This document shows, piece after piece, positions 42,836 through 57,888 of a DNA stretch of 64,000 bases. Below the pieces are notes generated by a model. It made no database searches. It was not told the origin of the DNA and worked only from the letters and a program-made list of their open reading frames with translations. Source of the stretch: the human T2T-CHM13v2.0 reference genome, Homo sapiens; the NCBI RefSeq assembly GCF_009914755.1, contig NC_060926.1; one strand, written 5' to 3'. Positions within the stretch are counted from its first letter, which is position 1. Each line of letters begins with the position of its first letter. The translations under genes and the position numbers were made by a program.

Positions 42836-42877
42836 CTCTCCATTAAAGAAGCAGAAAATGGTAGAGACCAAAAGACC
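42836..42877 (-). CDS. CALCRL: CALCRL coding exon (TM7: GLLVSTIFCFFNGE), 42 nt
   Basis: Acceptor tacag|GGT, donor GAG|gtatga; class B (Q)G..V...FCF.N.E motif. Confidence 0.97.
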
Positions 42878-43017
42878 CTGTAAAAGAAAAATAGAATGAT
42901 CTGAATCCAAATGGAAAGATACATGTATTTGTAATCAAATAGCTGTACAAGTAGTCAGGAGTAAACCAAAGCTATATGTATATTTAATTCCAAACCTCTC
43001 AAGCTGCCTTCTTATCA

Positions 43018-43248
<231 letters not shown>

Positions 43249-45989
43249 CTAAAAACGAAATTAAATGGCATCTGAAAATCATTTCATATTTAATATTAAG
43301 AAGCATTATTCAAGTATCTCCAATTTTATAAATCTTAAAATATTTTTAATGTACAAGAATATTTTTAAAGGGTATTATTGCCTAAGGCATTAATTTATAT
43401 TTCTGGAATTGTGATTTATCAATTTAACAAGTACACCAATTTTAATAAACAAGTTTTAAAAAAGTAAAATTAAATTATGGTATAATTACTGTGGAACATA
43501 TTCAGTTGAAGAATATTTCAGTTTTTCTCAGCTCATTTTCACGTGCAATTAAAAAAATCTGTGGTCTGAAAACTAAAGATTTTGAACATTTTCATATCAA
43601 AGAAAATAATTGTTTATAGAAAAATGCTAATTTTTAAAGCATCCCCTCTTTATCATGTCCATATGACATACTTTCTAAATGTATATTATGCCATAATAAC
43701 CATTTTCATCTTTCAAACCAAAAACTTTCCTGTTTCTTCTAGTAACAATAATCTTTACAACACCTCTCCAAAGTATCACTGTAATCCTCTTTTACTTATG
43801 AGGGAACTTTGAACCAGCTGATATTCAACCCCAGTCATTCTAGAGCTAAAATAATTTGACATTCTATAAGACTTCCTGTTAATTACTGTCTGCAATGACA
43901 TAATATTCACTATTTTTGTGCCTCAACAACTTTCTCGAAGAGACAGTAGTTTCTTTGGATGGGAGACATAAACCTTTGACACTCTAATGTGACTCAGCAA
44001 ACAGGGTCCTACTGAAACATATTTATTTCTCTTTCTCTCGCATAATACAAGTTTATCTTTCTCTTATTTTCACCCAAGTTAGAGTTTATCTCTTTCTTAT
44101 TTTCACCCAGTCAATATCTTTTACTTTGGTCCATTTTCTCTATGCCCATTCCTTATGCCTTCCATAGAATCATGAATATTAATTCCAGAAGAGCTCCATA
44201 GGGGCTAATTGCTATTCTCTTTTCTTTTTCCTCACCCTTAGTTCTGGCATCTGCCCTTTGTTTAATAATCTTAAATTTTCAATCTATGCACCAAATATAA
44301 TTTATATCCACACAGTTTAAAAATTGCAAAAAATAGTAGTTTCCCATTTATTATAGAAAAGAATTAACAGAGAGCCTGCATTTGCTAAATGGACACATGT
44401 GTCATAAAAATAACTGGGCACAAAAATATTCTACCACTATTTTTAGAAAATTTAATAGAACATATGCTTCAAAAATATACAGCTCACTAAAATCCTAATG
44501 GAAACACATCTATGAAAAGCAATGTTTGCAAACACAGAAATACGATAAAGGCAAAAGCAGAATAAGCCATTTCAACAGGTGTGAGAATGAAATGTGACAA
44601 ATCAACATGTCAGCTGTTATTCCACTCATCCTAATATATTCCCTTCATAAGCATCCATTGCTCTTTAAAAAAAGATAATAATGCTCTTTTATCTGCTTAA
44701 TATCAAATATTTTATAATCTTAATACATTAAATCATAAACTATAAAAAGACAGTAGAAACATTGCAATTTAGATGATCCCAATTATATGAAAATTTTTAA
44801 ATGCAAAGTGCTTCTCCACATGGGAAGTCTGATTTAAAATGTGAAACTAGAAACTAGAGTTGACAATAGAGTTAATTATTCTATTAGCTATTTTATAAAT
44901 AATTGTCTTAGAATGAATTGGATGCTATTTTTCCACACAACATAGTTTTGAGAATTATAATCCCTTCATCTTACTTTATTTTCTGTAAATATTTCCATTT
45001 ACTATAAGCAAAAATAAAAGAAGAATTTTAAATTTTAGAAGAACTATGTCTGAATTTCACCCACCCTTGAGCAAAACTAGTTCAGTAGAAAAGAAGAAAC
45101 CTTTAACTGACATACTCATAAAGTTTACGTAGCTAGTAGGCCCATCAGGCTATTTTGATATCACAGTACCACGCTTGGGTCATGACAGGAACTGGGGTAA
45201 ATCTATACAGTGGCTGTAGGACAGTTTCTGGAAGTCATTCCCAAACAATCACTTAACTATGCACTGAAGTCACCTAAATATCTGTCACTGAACCCAAATT
45301 AAATGTATCATCTCTCAACTTCCCCTCAACAGGATCTCAAAAATGCTGTAGTCACTCCAGTACCACCCTGCTCACATAGAAATGTGATGGAGGAAGTCTG
45401 AGTGGAATGACTTGTGATTAAAATATCTTATTTATAAAAATTGTGCAAAAACATATGATAACCATGAGAACAATTACTAGGGCTCTTCTGAGGAGCTTGG
45501 AATTGGCCAGGACCAAGAAGGAGCTCTGGAGCTTAAACAAGGACAGAATGATTTATCCGGACAGAAAAATAGGTTCCTAATCTTGTTTTAGGCCAACAAG
45601 ATGGGAAAGTTTTAGGCAAATAATGTGGATTTTCGCTTCTTTTCTTACTGACCAGCTTGGTGGGCTATATTCCTGTATTTCATCCTTACTCTTCTTCCTT
45701 AAAGTTTACATGAACAGATGTTTCCAAGGATAGTGTAGATGACGTTACATTTTGCATTTGCTAGGTGCTTTCACTTCCTGAACCTTACTGATTTAGAAGT
45801 CTGAATCATGTACCCCTCTGTGCAGCCAGATCTTTTGTAATAAAATATTGTCTTGCATTTGTTCTGGAATCTCCTGGGTAGCCCAAACGATATATTATAA
45901 TTTCTTCAAGCTCTCCTCAGAGTAGAAGCATGGTATCATGCAGAAACTACAAGTGAGGAAACTTGGAAGGCATTTTTTCAAGAATTTAT

Positions 45990-46210
45990 AATATTCTATG
46001 CACTAACTGTGCCAGATCACTTAACAGAAAGCATCTCATTTAATCCTTATAATACCCTGTGAGGTATATATTCTTATTATTCCATCATTACAGATGAGAA
46101 AACAAAGACACAGAGAGGTTAAAAACAAAATAAAACAGAAAACTTGCTCTGAGATGATACACAGGCAGCTGTGGTAGAGCCAGGATTCAGTGCTGACTCT
46201 TTTATGCACA
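45990..46210 (-). mobile_element. MIR SINE
   Basis: 'tctcatttaatccttataataccctgtgaggta...cagatgagaaaacaaagacacagagaggttaa'. Confidence 0.75.
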
Positions 46211-46592
46211 CAATGCAAAGCCAGGCAGTCTCAGGGTACAACTTAAACACAGTATGTCACTCATGCCCTTAGAATGTAGGAGAAGGAAGGGAGGCAAGTG
46301 CCTCTGCCTTTGAAATTTTCACTATAATCTACATTAAGGTATATCAAAAAATGTTATGAAAGTCATAATAAATTCTATAAGAATGGCTTAACAATGATAC
46401 ATTTTGAGAATGGTTTGAACAGTGATCCAACGCAACCATATACTAAACTGCAGCTAGCAAATATAGTTAAATAATAGAATATCTGTATTTAAAAAGAGTC
46501 TGAAGAGACGAATGAGGAAGCTTTGAATTTTACATGAAAAATATCACATACATACACAAGCACATATATAAATAACTTGATCGCAGCTGTAA

Positions 46593-48873
46593 ATAAAGGG
46601 TATTTGAATAGGAGGAGAGGAAGTCAAATTGTCTGTTTGCAGATGACATAACTGTATATTTAGAAAACCCCATCGACTCAGCCAAAAAACTCCTTAAGCT
46701 GATAAGCAACTTTAGCAAAGTCTCAGGATACAAAATCAATGTGCAAAAATCACAAGCATTCCTATACAACAATAATAGACAAACAGAGAGCTAAATCATG
46801 AGTCAACTCTCAATCACAAATGCTACAAAGAGAATAAAATATCTAGGAATACAACTTCCAAGGGAAGTGAAGGACCTCTTCAAGGAGAACTACAAACCAC
46901 TGCTCAAGGAAATAGGAGAGGACACAAACAAATGAAAAAACATTCCATGCTCATACATAGAAGAATCAATATCGTGAAAATGGCCATACTACCCAAAGTA
47001 ATTTATAGATTCAATGCTATCCCCATCAAGCTACTATTGACTTTCTTCACAGAATTAGGAAAAACTACTTTACGTTTCATATGGAACCAAAAAAAGAGCC
47101 TGTATAGCCAAGACTAAGCAATCCTAAACAAAAAGAACAAAGCTGGAGGCGTCACGCTACCTGACTTCAAACCATACTACAAGGCCACATTAGCCAAAAC
47201 AGCATGGTACTGGTACCAAAACAGATACATAGACCAATTAAACAGAACAGAGGCCTTAGAAATAACACCACACTTCTACAACCATCTGATCTTTCACAAA
47301 CCTGACAAAAACCAGCAATGGGGAAAGGATTCCCTATAAAATAAATGGTGTTGGGAAAACTGGCTAGCCATATGTAGAAAACTGAAACTGGACCCTTTCT
47401 TTATACCTTATACAAAAAATAACTCAAGATGCATGAAAGACTTAAAAGTAAGACCTAAAACCATAAAAACCCTAGAAGAAAAGCGAGGCAATACCATTCA
47501 GGACATAGGCATGGGCAAAGACTTCATGACTAAAACACTAAAAGCAATGGCAACAAAAGCCAAAATTGACAAACGGGATCTAATTAAACTAAAGAGCTTC
47601 TGCACAGCAAAACAATCACCAGAGTGAACAGGCTACCTACAGAATGGGAGAAATTTTTTGCAATCTACCCATCTGACAAAGGGCTAATATCCAGAATCTA
47701 CAAAGAACTTAAACAAATTTACAAGAAATAAACAATCAACGCCATCAAAAAGTGGGCAAATGATATGAACAGGCACTTCTCAAAAGAAGACATTTATGCA
47801 GCCAACAAACATATGAAAAAAAGCTAATCATGACTGGTCATTAGAGAAATGCAAATCAAAACCACAATGAGATACCATCTCACACCAGTTAGAATGGTGA
47901 TCATTAAAATGTCAGGAAACAACAGATGCTGGAGAGGATGTGGAGAAATAAGAACACTTTTACAATGTTGGTGGGAGTGTAAATTAGTTCAACCATTGTG
48001 GAAGACAGTATGGTGACTCCTCAAGGATCTAGAACCAGAAATACCATTTGACCCAGCAATCCCATTACTGGGTATATACCCAAAGGATTATAAATCATTC
48101 TATTATAAAGACACATGTACACGTATGTTTTCTTACAGCACTATTCACAATAGCAAAGACTTGAAACCAAACCAAATGCCCATCAATGATAGACTGGATA
48201 AAGAAAATGTGGCATATATACACCATGGAATACTATGCAGCCATAAAAAGAATGAATTCATGTCCTATGCAGGGACATGGATGAAGCTAGAAATGATCAT
48301 TCTCAGCAAACTAACACAGGAACAGAAAACCAATCATTGCATGTTCTCACTCATAAGTGGGAGTTGAACAATGAGAAAATATGGACATAGGGAGGGGAAC
48401 ATCATACACTGGGGCCTGTCGGGGGGTGGGGGTGAGGGGAGGGATAGCATTAGGAGAAATACATAATGCATGTGGCGCTTAAAACCCAAATGACAGTCCC
48501 CAGAGTGTGATGTTCCCCTTCCTGTGTCCATGTGTTCTCATTGTTCAATTCCCACCTATGTTGTGGGGTCGGGGGAGGGGGGAGGGACAGCATTGGGAGA
48601 TATACCTAATGCTAGATGACGAGTTAGTGGGTGCAGCGCACCAGCATGGCACATGTATACGTATGTAACTAACCTGCACATTGTGCACATGTACCCTAAA
48701 ACTTAAAGTATAATAATAATAAAAACAACAACAACAATGAAAGAAAAAAAAAACCCAAATGACAGGTTGACGGGTGCAGCAAACCACCATGGCACATGCA
48801 TATGTATGTAACAAACCTGCACGTTCTGCACATGTATCCCAGAACTTAAAGTATAACAACAACAACAAAAAAA
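46593..48873 (+). mobile_element. 5'-truncated L1PA (about PA6-8) LINE, antisense to CALCRL
   Basis: ORF2 RT motif (SLFADDI) through the 3'UTR and A tail; TSD core gcagctgtaa at 46583-46592 and 48880-48889. Confidence 0.93.
48497..48750 (+). mobile_element. Short L1PA2-like insertion with a 5' inversion, nested in the older L1 3'UTR
   Basis: 16-bp TSD aaaacccaaatgacag (48481-96, 48751-66); inverted segment 48497-48560; diagnostic 'gctagatgacGAGttagtggg'. Confidence 0.92.
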
Positions 48874-49004
48874 TGAATAGCAGCTGTAACTAAAATACCA
48901 CTCCTAAGGACTGTAATTGCACTATGATCTCTAATACTCTCTGAGACAAAGCATGCTAGATTGCTAGTTTGTATTAATTTACTTTCTCATTCAAATAATG
49001 TAAT

Positions 49005-49295
49005 ACACTTGTAATCCCAGCAGTTGTGGAGGCCACGGCAGAAGGATCACTGCAGCCCAAGAGTTCAAGACCAGCCTGGGCAACATAGTGAGATCCTGTC
49101 TCTATAAAAAAAAATTTTAAAAAATTATCCAAGCATAGTAGTGTATACGTATAGTCTTAGCTTCTCAAGAGCCTGAGGTGGGAGGATCCCTTAAACCCAG
49201 GAGTTGGGGGCTGCAGTGAGCTGTGATCATTCTACTGCACTCTAGTCTGGGCAACAGAGCAAGACCTTTTTTCAATTAAAATAATAAAAATAATA
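49005..49295 (+). mobile_element. AluJ-type SINE
   Basis: Diverged dimeric Alu. Confidence 0.88.
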
Positions 49296-49980
49296 ATAGT
49301 GTAATAAAAGCATCGAATGTGACTTCTGTTTTCCTGCAATTACACTAAAATGTCTAATTCATGCACTCACATTAACTGATAATAATTATAATGTAAAATT
49401 TGCATAGGTATTTTGTTTTTTCTTATTTGTCACCTCCCACCCCCCCCTGCTAGATTCATCCTCTATTCCTCTCTGTGCCACAGGAGGATGATGTCTGTGA
49501 ACAGCTTCACCCAGACTTCCTTGCCCTGAGACATTTGCTGCATCTGGCTAATTGGAAAAACCAAAAGATAAGAGTATGGGAATAAAGATAAATTTGAGTC
49601 TTTGTTTCTGCTGCTTCTATTCTGCCAGGCTGTGGTTTTGGCAGTGGTTGTTTTTCTCTACTCAAGATCAGATCTCTTACTGGGTGACTCCTCCCAATGC
49701 TCATTTCACTGCACTAACATTTCTCTCTTCAGGTCTAGCTGTGATAACAGCATTCCATTGTTGGTCCCTAATGGCTCACCATCCCTTACTAATTAGTTCC
49801 TTTGCCTTTCCTGCGCATACATCAGATATGATACCTTCACTAAACGCTATTCATTTAAGCACTGTGAACATGCATGTCCATCTGTGTCCACTGGGACCCT
49901 GAAGGATACCATAGGCCAGATGATTCAGAAATAAAGTTGAAATGTGAGCAATGATAAGGAAAGGAGAATTTGTTACATAC

Positions 49981-50047
49981 CAGTAAAGCAGCACAAATTG
50001 GGCCATGGATAATGTAGAGGAGATGGGTATCAGAACTGATCCAGCAA
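49981..50047 (-). CDS. CALCRL: CALCRL coding exon (ECL2-TM5: (N)[22 protein letters not shown]), 67 nt
   Basis: Acceptor ctag|T, donor CTG|gtatgt; conserved ECL2 CW motif. Read manually. Confidence 0.97.
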
Positions 50048-50129
50048 CTAGAGAAAACATAATAACATTATGTTGAAAATTTTTATTTTACATTATTCCA
50101 GTAGAAATAATAAAAAGAGATTTTCTTAC

Positions 50130-50190
50130 TTGTCATTGTAATATAAGCTTCTAGCAATGGCATGTATACAAGCAGGAATCAGTGGAAATC
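50130..50190 (-). CDS. CALCRL: CALCRL coding exon (TM4: (G)FPLIPACIHAIARSLYYND(N)), 61 nt
   Basis: Acceptor tacag|GA, donor AA|gtaaga. Completes the GWGxP motif. Not in the ORF track; read manually. Confidence 0.97.
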
Positions 50191-50814
50191 CTGTAATAAC
50201 AAAAAAAAAAGAAAATAAATAGGCATTTTTTCTACAGATGGTATTTCGAAAATATGTAATTAAATACAAAAATTCAAAGATACTCTAGGAGCAAAAAAAC
50301 TAGCCACTATATATTTGTTGAATAAACATTATTTGTATCATCAACAATACACATTATAAAGTATTAGGTATTTACATTTTTGTGTTTGTGTGTTTATGTG
50401 TGTATGTTTTCTTCTACTATAATTCATAAGTCATTTTGAATCAGTGGACTTCAGAGCTTAACTCTTAAGATGTGTTTCCTAAGCCACAAGGATTAGAAGA
50501 AATTCAGCATTCGTGTACTTTCTGTGAGATGGAATTGGCCAACATTTGGTACATTATCAGATGTGGAAAAAAGTTGAGAATCACAAGAACTTCCACTATG
50601 AGAGAGATTACTACTAGTAAGCCATTATTTGAAGAAGAGAAGAAGAAAAAAAGTGATTAATTTATGTACCAAAAATTTGGCAGCCTTTGAACATTCTAAA
50701 TCAGCTCTTCCAAATATGTAATTAAGCAATGCTTTATAAAGTTAATCAGAATACACTAAAATTGTGGGTGTGCGTGTGTGTGTATATATACACCTCTGTA
50801 TATGTATTTCTTTC

Positions 50815-50890
50815 TAGATATAGATAGTTTAGATAGATGATAGAGATATAGATAGATAGATGATAGGGTAGATAGATGATAATAGATAAG
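50815..50890. repeat. (GATA)n-like tetranucleotide repeat
   Basis: Seen directly; imperfect. Confidence 0.85.
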
Positions 50891-51444
50891 TACAACTTCA
50901 GTTTTGTTTCTGGAAACTAGTCCTGTTAAATTCATTTCTGCACTTCATATTTTGTATTATTCTAGTTATTTTTAATATGTCAGAAGTATATCACTGTTTG
51001 CTTTGTGAATAATACCACATCAGGATATTGTGTAGAAAAAATAAATCTTTTGCATGCCTTTATTCAATTACTAATCCCTCTACTCTTACCGTAAAATGAC
51101 AATATTTTAAACAAATATTTTTAGAATGGAACTTCAAAGATGTTTGAACCCAATGCTCTCATTTTACACGTGGCAAAAATGAATATTCAGAATGGTACAA
51201 AGACTAAATCTTTAATTTATGATTCTACTTCTATTGTTTTAGTCACTACATATTCAGCCAAGATACCCTATTCATTGGCATATTCAATAGAAAAAAAGAC
51301 ACTATTATATATTGACTTGTGACTACTGAAAACAATGGATGAGTCAGTGATACTTTGCTTAAAATGTTGCAATTTACAAGAATAAGCAAAAGTTAATCAC
51401 CTGATATTCTTTAAAAATGATTACTCATTGGTATATTCATATTA

Positions 51445-51696
<252 letters not shown>

Positions 51697-54238
51697 TTAC
51701 TTGTTTATGAATTCACATGTAAAGCAATACTCTAGTTTAGCTCAGGAAACATGGAACATTCTCCCCTACACACAAAATCCTATACATTAATGATTAGGAT
51801 TTGTGGAATGCCAGTCTTCGTATTCATGTAATGATGCCTTTAGTTTTTAGCCACAGACTCCAAAGATTGATAATGGTATATCTTCCAGAAAAAAAGTGTA
51901 ACTTCTAAATCTACTTTATTTAGTGAATGTGTATTTTCTGAATGTGTTTTTGTTGTTATGTAATTATAAGTATAAAAGTGTCACACATAAATAACTTTAC
52001 ACTTATTTATATCATCATGAATCCCTTGACTGTTACATTCTGTTGGAAATAATAGTAATTTTAAAACCAATTCATTAAAAGTGCCCAAATACTTGAAAAG
52101 TTTTGCATATTACATGCTCCTCATGCAAATGCTTATTAAGAAATAATCTAATACATCCATAGGTTATCCTATCCAAATATGGAGTCTGAGGGCTTTGTGT
52201 AAGTAAAAGGAGGACAAAATTATGGTTTCCCTTCCATTTTTCCTGAGGTCTCCATTTTTGCTTCTCTACTTTTAAACAGGCAGGAAGAGAGACATTCAAA
52301 TTACAGTAAAGAAAACACAAAAGAGTAAGAGTGAGTTTACTCTTAAACAGGAGAATACAATTAAAGCTTTCCCAAAAATACATGACCTGTTACTCCTATT
52401 GGCTCCAGTTTCTAGTCTGAAAATCAATAAAAGTTTAGTGGCAATTATCATTATTTTTGAAATAGTTTTTTTAACCAAAAATAAAATTGAAAAGAAAATG
52501 CACTGGATTGTTAATATTGGGTCATCACAGAATAGTAATAATGGCATCTGCATAGGAGTCAGCCTAAAAATACTTTTACATATATTGTTTTATTTAATTC
52601 TTAACGGTAGTCCTATGAGGTGTACATTATCATAGGCATATATTTTATAGATAAAAAAACTTAGTACCAGAGAAGTTAAATGATTTGCTAATATTTATAC
52701 ATCAATCAAATCTACAACCTGAACATTCCAATTTTGTTTTCATTATATACGATGCCTCCTAACTAAAGGATATTTGTAAAACCTATTTATTCATTAAATG
52801 TATCTGCAGAATACGTAACATTAAATTTTAAATAATGTACCTGTATGTAAAACACAGCATTATATTAAAGTTCACTCAAAGGTGAAAATGAGATAGTCTA
52901 CTATATGGAGAGAAATCATAAATTTCAGCTTCAACTTTTTATCTAAAGAGTTTTTAAGTATTTATATTTAATTCGGCTTCTAATTCTTGATTTCATTAAA
53001 AAAGTTAATCGATAAACCATTACAATAAAAAAGAATTAAGAGCATACTGCAGAAAAATATTTCTATGCAGGGCATTAGTAACAGAGACAAAGCAAAAATA
53101 TATGACAATTTATAATGTGTTTATTAAACACATCTTTGCGTACAAATATGAGATTTAGAATCTCATGCTCTGCAGCTTCAAGACAAAACTCTGAATCTCC
53201 TTGTCTTACAGAAATTCACTCTAAAATGGCAGGACATTAGCCAGATTTTTATGTTGCTAATTATACCCCAGTGTGTTTTCTAATCCAATGACTTTAGAGT
53301 GGAACATATACAAGATTAAGCAATCTGGATGCACAGGTGCAAACAATGCAGGGACTTTTAGAATTTTGAAAATTACTCTAAAAACACACATAAAACACAC
53401 ATGAGACTGTTTATTGACCCACTTGGTAAAAATTCTTTCCCTTCCTGATTTCAGTCACTAGATAATTTTTTCTTTTAAAAAACACTTTATATAGACACAC
53501 ACACACACACACAAAATATAGTAAATATCCCATAAACATTATAAAAGCAGATAATTTTTAAAATTTGAATGTATGTTTATGTATGCAGATATTTTAATTT
53601 AAACATTTTACATATGCATATAGCTTACACAAAATATTTACATTTAGATAAGTAAATTTTAAACTGTTTGAAAAATATGGCCTGTAAGGCAACAATTTAT
53701 AAATATTTATTGAGACTGAACACTGTAGTTTTTAAAACATTATGCTATGAAGTTTAATCTTATGTAGGATATGTACAATTCATTCTTTTCCTGGTTTTAT
53801 TGACTTTTTAAAGTCAGCCTGATACAAAAAATATAATTTATTTAAATTTTCCATGTGCGTGTACTATTTTTCGAATTACGCAGAGTTCATTGCTTTGAGT
53901 TTTTCATTTGGATTGAATAAATATTATGTAGTGATAAACTATTATGTGCCATAGCAAGAGGACTCTACAGCTATAAAATGAAGTGAAGATATGTGTACAT
54001 GTATAAATAATTGAAGCAAAGAAATTATTACACTTTTTTATGTTCACTCTGTATCTTGGGGAATACTGAGAATACTCTGAGGGAATACTCTGTAGAGTAT
54101 ATGTAGCTATATTCCAATGTAGAAAGGTAAATATTTCTCAATATTCCCCAAGATATAAAGACTTGAAAATATATATATATGTCAGACTTGAAAATATACA
54201 TATATGTGTACTTAATTATACACATTATGCATATATCA

Positions 54239-54478
<240 letters not shown>

Positions 54479-56629
54479 TCATTATTCAAATAAGATACAT
54501 TCCCAATTCATAGCAGCTGATCCACTTTTGAAACAATTATTTTTTCTCCCTAAGATCCACTCATTACAAAAATCTTAATTAGGGAAAACCTGTAAGTGCT
54601 TAAAACCTAGAGACAAATGAGTTGCTCCAGAAGAGGTAGATATACATAGGGATAGAAAATTTGCCTGTACAAGTCCTCTACATGACTTTCTCTATTAATT
54701 TCTGAACATAACTAATAGTTTAATTCATTTTGCAAACATTGGGATTCAGTTAAGTTAGATAATTGATCAAAACTCCTGCAGCTAATTAATTTGAACACTT
54801 TGTATTTGCTGTCAGATTCTCATGTGGATAACTTTTTTCATTACACCATATATATTGTTCTGTTTAAATAAAACTGTGTGTTTTGTTGTGATGGTGGTGA
54901 TTACACAGACCGATCTGGAAAAAATAACAAAGTACTCAGAATAGATGAATTGATAAAAATGTAAATTTAGCAACCAATGAGATTTGCACAGCTTTACTGA
55001 ATTTTTCTAATTGGTGCAGCCATATATAAGGTAAAAATAGTACCACCTTTTACTAGAGTTCCTCTTGTATAAAACAAAAGAGAGTTCACTGTGTGGAGTT
55101 CACATAGAAAGTAGATTTCAAGAAAAAGTGTCACTAATGATAACTGATGTCACTCTTAGATTGAATCCACCTCCACTCTAAGAAGATTGTGCATATATGA
55201 CTGCCTGCCCGTGTTCAAGCGCTACTTCCTTTATAATGCATTTACTCAAAGGCTTATTATGGATAAAGTTTTAAAATAGTAGTATGGGATCCACTTGAAC
55301 CTGAATACTTAATGTCAAGTGTGAACTCATATGAAGGAAGACCTGAGGAATTATTTCACTACAGAGGCAAAAAATTTCATGATGTGTGTGTGTGTTTTTT
55401 TTTTAAATATGCTATTAATATGGTCAACCTATATAATCCACCATATATAATTCAAGCCAAAGGCTTCTATTTTGGAAACTTTAAGGAGATCTTTACCTAA
55501 TTTTATCACTAAATCTCTTTATCTTAAATAGCCTGTGTGCCCAGGATATTGGAATTAGGGTGGGATGCCACGGTTTTCTATATTTAAAAATTCAGTTTAG
55601 AGTATATTGCCTCTGAAATTACCTTTCTTCCAGCCACAGGTCTGTGATTCTATATATAGCTCTAGTAATTAAAGAGCCTGGAGGCATATTTGATCCAAAT
55701 CAATATTATAAATTGTCAATATATTCCTTCTACAAGACTTCTATGAAGGGATTCATGGGCAAGATGGCTCTTGGAATGATTGCTGAGTGTGTGTAAGACA
55801 TTCATATGCCAACAAATATGTGAAATCCAGCTGGAATCCATCAAAATAGAAACAACTGGAACCAGCTAGTATTTTCATATTAAAGAGTGGTTTACTTTGG
55901 CTTGACTTTGTAGTGTATAGGAGTAGTGACGCAGAAAGTAATCAGGGCTTATCTACAGGTTATTGATTATATTCTATAGAAAAAAAGAATCTTTGAAACT
56001 TTTGAACAAAGGAGTGGCATGATTCCTGCTATTACTTAGAGAAATTCAACACTAAGAGAAAGACAATCGTATTTTTGATAAAATGCCACAGCAGTGACAT
56101 AATTACTTTCTGTTCATTGAGCATGAAGAGAGTTAATGAATATCAGAAAAAGTCTAGTAAATAATGTTCTTTTCAAATCAGTTATATTATGTGTGGTTTA
56201 TTTCTGTCATTCATCAGTGTTCCATTATGAAAGTTATAGACATATAACATTTGTTCATATGGTCTTATTTTAAAATGCCTGCTTTGAGCTTACCCCATGT
56301 CTATTGAGTGCCAAGTATTGTTTAGAGAGAGGAACTGCTTATTCATGCAAATATACATGTTTTTAGTAATACAATATAAGTAACTCAGCTACCATCAAGG
56401 GAAAAAAAGTAAAGCATTTTTCTTAACTGGGCGATTTTGTCATTTTCTGCTGAGCACACATATATCTAAGTCCATTGGCTAAGTCCATATCTATAAACAA
56501 CAAAATTTCATAGTTTTAAAACTATGACGTAAAGATTGAGAAGGTTTGCTTAAACAGCAAGTAAGATATATTTGTAAGAAGTAAGTTGGAATAAAGGAAA
56601 GCAAACATGAAAGAAGACTTTCAAAAATA

Positions 56630-57500
<871 letters not shown>

Positions 57501-57844
57501 AACGTGATAGAAGAGCTGAAAGATAGGAGCTAGGAACATAATAAATACATTTATATTTTAACTGTTTATATTAATAATATTCACATGTGAAAAGATTGGA
57601 AGGGAGTAAAATAAAATGCTAACTGTAGTTAGCTGATAAAAAATTTAATCCTCTTGTATACAGTTAAAGGTTAATCCTCTTTGTATAAAGTTCAATGTCC
57701 TCTATGATGGTCTATATTTCTGTTCCTCTCAGAATTCCATTTTTTTTACCCTGCTCCCACCTCAATTTGTCTTGAAAGGTAAGTACTTAAAAATGAGCTG
57801 CTGGTATATATTATCTTCCAAAAATGTCATTATTGTGAGTATAA

Positions 57845-57846
<2 letters not shown>

Positions 57847-57886
<40 letters not shown>
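57847..57886. repeat. (CA)n microsatellite, about 20 units
   Basis: Seen directly in the sequence. Confidence 0.95.

Positions 57887-57888
<2 letters not shown>

Noticed and set aside
46593-48330. Functional L1 ORF2
   Set aside because: It is 5' truncated, with multiple frameshifts and stops.
49552-49902. 116-aa + strand ORF antisense to CALCRL
   Set aside because: Non-ATG start, no recognisable homology and no splice support.
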